A program made the position numbers and the translations under genes. Under the pieces are notes generated by a model. It saw only the letters and a list, made by a program, of their open reading frames with translations, searched no databases and was not told where the DNA came from. This document shows, in pieces, positions 61,033 to 64,000 of a stretch of DNA of 64,000 bases. The DNA comes from Azolla caroliniana (taxonomy: Eukaryota > Plantae > Polypodiophyta): NCBI GenBank assembly GCA_043228905.1, contig JBHGNT010000007.1, forward strand, positions 12,090,001-12,154,000. Direction: 5' to 3'. Each line of letters begins with the position of its first letter. Within the stretch, counting starts at the first letter, position 1.

Positions 61033-64000
61033 TGTTGTCCGCCGGAATAGTAACCGACGGACAGAAGCGAAGAAGTATTATAATATAGTAAAAGCGTAAG
61101 AAACATATGTAACAGCTCACGGGGGAAGCGTGAACGGCTAAAAGACCCTGTTTATATAAAGGGCAGAAAACCTCTTTAAGAGGTAGCGTGTACTTTTGGT
61201 GCATAGAGTGTTATTGTAATAGAGTACTATCTTCTCTGATTTCTGTGCATATCTGTGGTTGATCTATTGTGTTCTTTGATTCTCTGTGGCATATTGTAAT
61301 TGTAAGGGCGTAGGCATAAGTGCGGGTACTAGGGCACTGTCTAAGGAGTTCGGTTGTAGCCATCTCCCTTATACATTACGAGGATACGAGGAAGTGCCTC
61401 GTTACGTATTACGGTATGATGGTACCATTCTTTGCAACGCAGTCACCTTGAGATCTAGGTCGAAGGACTAACCGTAGACCGTGTTCCTAATCAGTAACAC
61501 TTTTGGCACACTTGGTGATCTGTGTCTTCTCACAGACGAACAACGATGAATGGATGTTTAGCCGTAGACGTCCCAGAGAACCAACACGACAAGACTGACC
61601 AATCACAAGGTCCATCACACGCCAAGCAGAGGAACGCGCAAGGCAAAAACCTCGCCTCAGTGACCTCAGTGATATCTGCCAGGACCACAAAGTAGATTTC
61701 CCGCTCACCAAATACCCCGGCGACAAGCAGGAAGTTTGCTCACCACATAAGCACTGTGGTCTTTCCCTGCCCCCCTTGGCGTCCAACATGGCCTTCTCTT
61801 ATCCCCGCTTCAACGGCGAAACAGACGCCACAACCCACATTCGCCTGTTCCTGGATGTCTAGAATGCAAATCACATGGCGCAAAGACTTCTCGAAGAGGT
61901 AGCGCACCAGTCCAAAATGACAGAGTTCGGATTAACTCTGGATGGGAGAGCGGCGTTTTGGCATTCGCAGATGGATCTGCTAGCAATCACGACCTTCGAC
62001 TAGCTGTAGTCGGCCTTTCTGCGTTTCTTTCATCAGAGGGTGCCGCAACGTGAAATCCTCGGGCAGTTCTATACAATCAAACAGTTGCCGGCCGAGACTG
62101 TAGCGGACTTCAGTTTACGCTTCCAAAATCTGTGGCGGAAATTAGAATAGGGCCCGACAGAGGACGAGTCTCGGGAGACATTTCTACCAGCTTTACGATG
62201 ACCGATACGGACGACTCTAAACAACAATAGCGTGAAAGGAGAAACAACTGATATGGTCATAGAACGAGCACTACAGCTCGAGCTGGACGAAGAAGAGGAA
62301 AGGTTTTCCATGTCCTCCTTACAACAAGCATTACCTGAAGACGAGGAACGACATTTTCGCCAGGCAATCCACTGCACGATTTACCTCAACTTTGGGCATT
62401 CCGTAGTGGAATCCAACATGCCAATCCACCCCCTAAACTGTCACTCGAAAGCACACACGGTCGAGTAGTGTGAGTACAACATGTTGAACAGACCCACGCC
62501 CACAATACAAAGCGTGGAAACACAGTGACCACCGCGTCGTAATGAGCAAAGGCGCCAAGAAGAAAGACCCCGGTATACGGATTGGAACCCACACGATGTC
62601 CGGCACTACCGGAATCTCCGGAATAACAACGATTACGAGGAAGAAGATCTGGAGGGCGAAGACTACCGGGGCAACCACAAATATAATAAGTGAGGCCGAT
62701 GCTACAAATGCCCGACGAACAAATGTGGCGGCTTCAATGGGCCTCGTGGGAAACATTGTTAGCATCGGGACCAACGGCGGTACGCCGAAAGTTCGGATGA
62801 TGACCGGCACCAAGAGCTGTGCTAGGGCCAACAATAACCACTGCGTACGCTTAGAAGAATGAACCAAGACCGGGAGGAGCAAGTCACACATGGGGATAGG
62901 AACATGCCACCAACTGCCGAGAAAAGCGAATCCAGCGTCCATTGTTTCGTTTGCCAACAACCCGGACATTACGCCATGCAATGTCCACTATGCAAGGGCA
63001 AGGGGCCCGCAGTCAACACGATTATGGCAGAAGTTCAGTAAGTTACGACAAGACAGAAAACTAAAAATGTTGATTGGGCCGCGCAAGATGAGATATGTCA
63101 GACGGCCCAAGCATGGGTCGAAAAAGCGAACACGGCAAATACGGAATGCATGCGGTAGGAGTCCGCGAACAATGTGGGGCCATTGGAGGAAGATGTAATA
63201 TCTCCAGATTCCATATGGCAAGCACTGGCAGGCTGCAAGATAACACTAACCATGGAGAAGCTACTTCAACTAGTCCCACGGTTCCGCCAGGCCGTAGAGG
63301 ATCGCATAACGGGCAGACCTAAGGTAAGCGTCTCCGCCAACTTTACGGACACCCGCGCCGGACCAACGGTGGTGGATCACCACAATCCGGCTATTAAGTT
63401 GATATTACATGGTCAGGAAATCACAGGATGCGTAACCGATTGGGAAGACATGCGAACAATTGGGTATTTCAGAATGGCAAGCTTGCCTGTTTTGGCTTCA
63501 CATGGCGGATACCCGCTCAGTAAGGCCTTTAGGCTTAATACGAAAATTAGGCGTTATGATTGGCGGACATCGCTTCGACGTCTCGGCGGTAGTCCTCGCC
63601 CTCGACGCCCCAGGAGCATATCCTATGCTGCTTGGCAGACCTTGGCTTCGTTCAGCGAATATCAAACAGAGCTGGCAACATAAATGCATTAATTTTCGAC
63701 GCGGACGCACCAAGTTCACGTACCCATGGAGGAAATGGAGATACAACCCAAGGGCATAACACCATTATACGCGGAAGATATAAATATGTTGGCACCCCCG
63801 AATCATTCCGCTATTCAAAATCGCCATCATAGAAACCACGGTGGAGTACGCCACACCCACTACGCTCCACGACAAGGCGTACGAACAAGACCCGGAGTCA
63901 ATATTAGAATTAAGCAGAGCACGGGCGGCGTTCGAGAGGGAAATGGAAATTTCATGACGAGTCGCTGCCTCAGCCCTAGAAGAAGTAAACGTAGGTACGA
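61033..64000 (+). mobile_element. gag: Tat/Athila-like Gypsy: 5' LTR (61033-61499), PBS, decayed gag and protease; runs off the window
   Basis: TGTTG...TAACA, then CTTTTGGCACACTTGGTG. Gag from ~61790 (MAFSYPRFNG), zinc knuckle CFVCQQPGHYAMQC, protease YPMLLGRPWL. Confidence 0.82.

Overview
The window is a nest of eukaryotic retrotransposons, probably from a non-seed plant such as a bryophyte (inferred from element types and captured plant gene fragments). I see no intact host gene, rRNA, true tRNA or CRISPR array. It contains Ty3/Gypsy elements (chromoviruses, two apparently self-priming; tRNA-Trp-primed Phygy/Selgy-like elements; a Tat-like element), two Ty1/Copia families (Tork/Tnt1-like, and a family with an unusual Pol C-terminal extension), two 5'-truncated RTEX-like LINEs, solo LTRs and a 40-bp tandem array. 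Most elements are decayed by C>T/G>A changes. The main candidate for something new is a non-autonomous LTR family (6165-9150, 11081-13634, damaged copy 38411-44685). Its intact copies have a tRNA-Arg-type primer site inside BOTH LTRs on opposite strands and no polypurine tract, and two copies carry fragments of host genes (KCS, beta-tubulin, H+-pyrophosphatase). Other signals are outward-facing tRNA-like A/B-box modules in the LTRs of four Gypsy families, covarying self-priming sites, and a Copia with a duplicated PPT and a ~180-aa read-through tail. Clade names and tRNA identities are from memory and need database confirmation.
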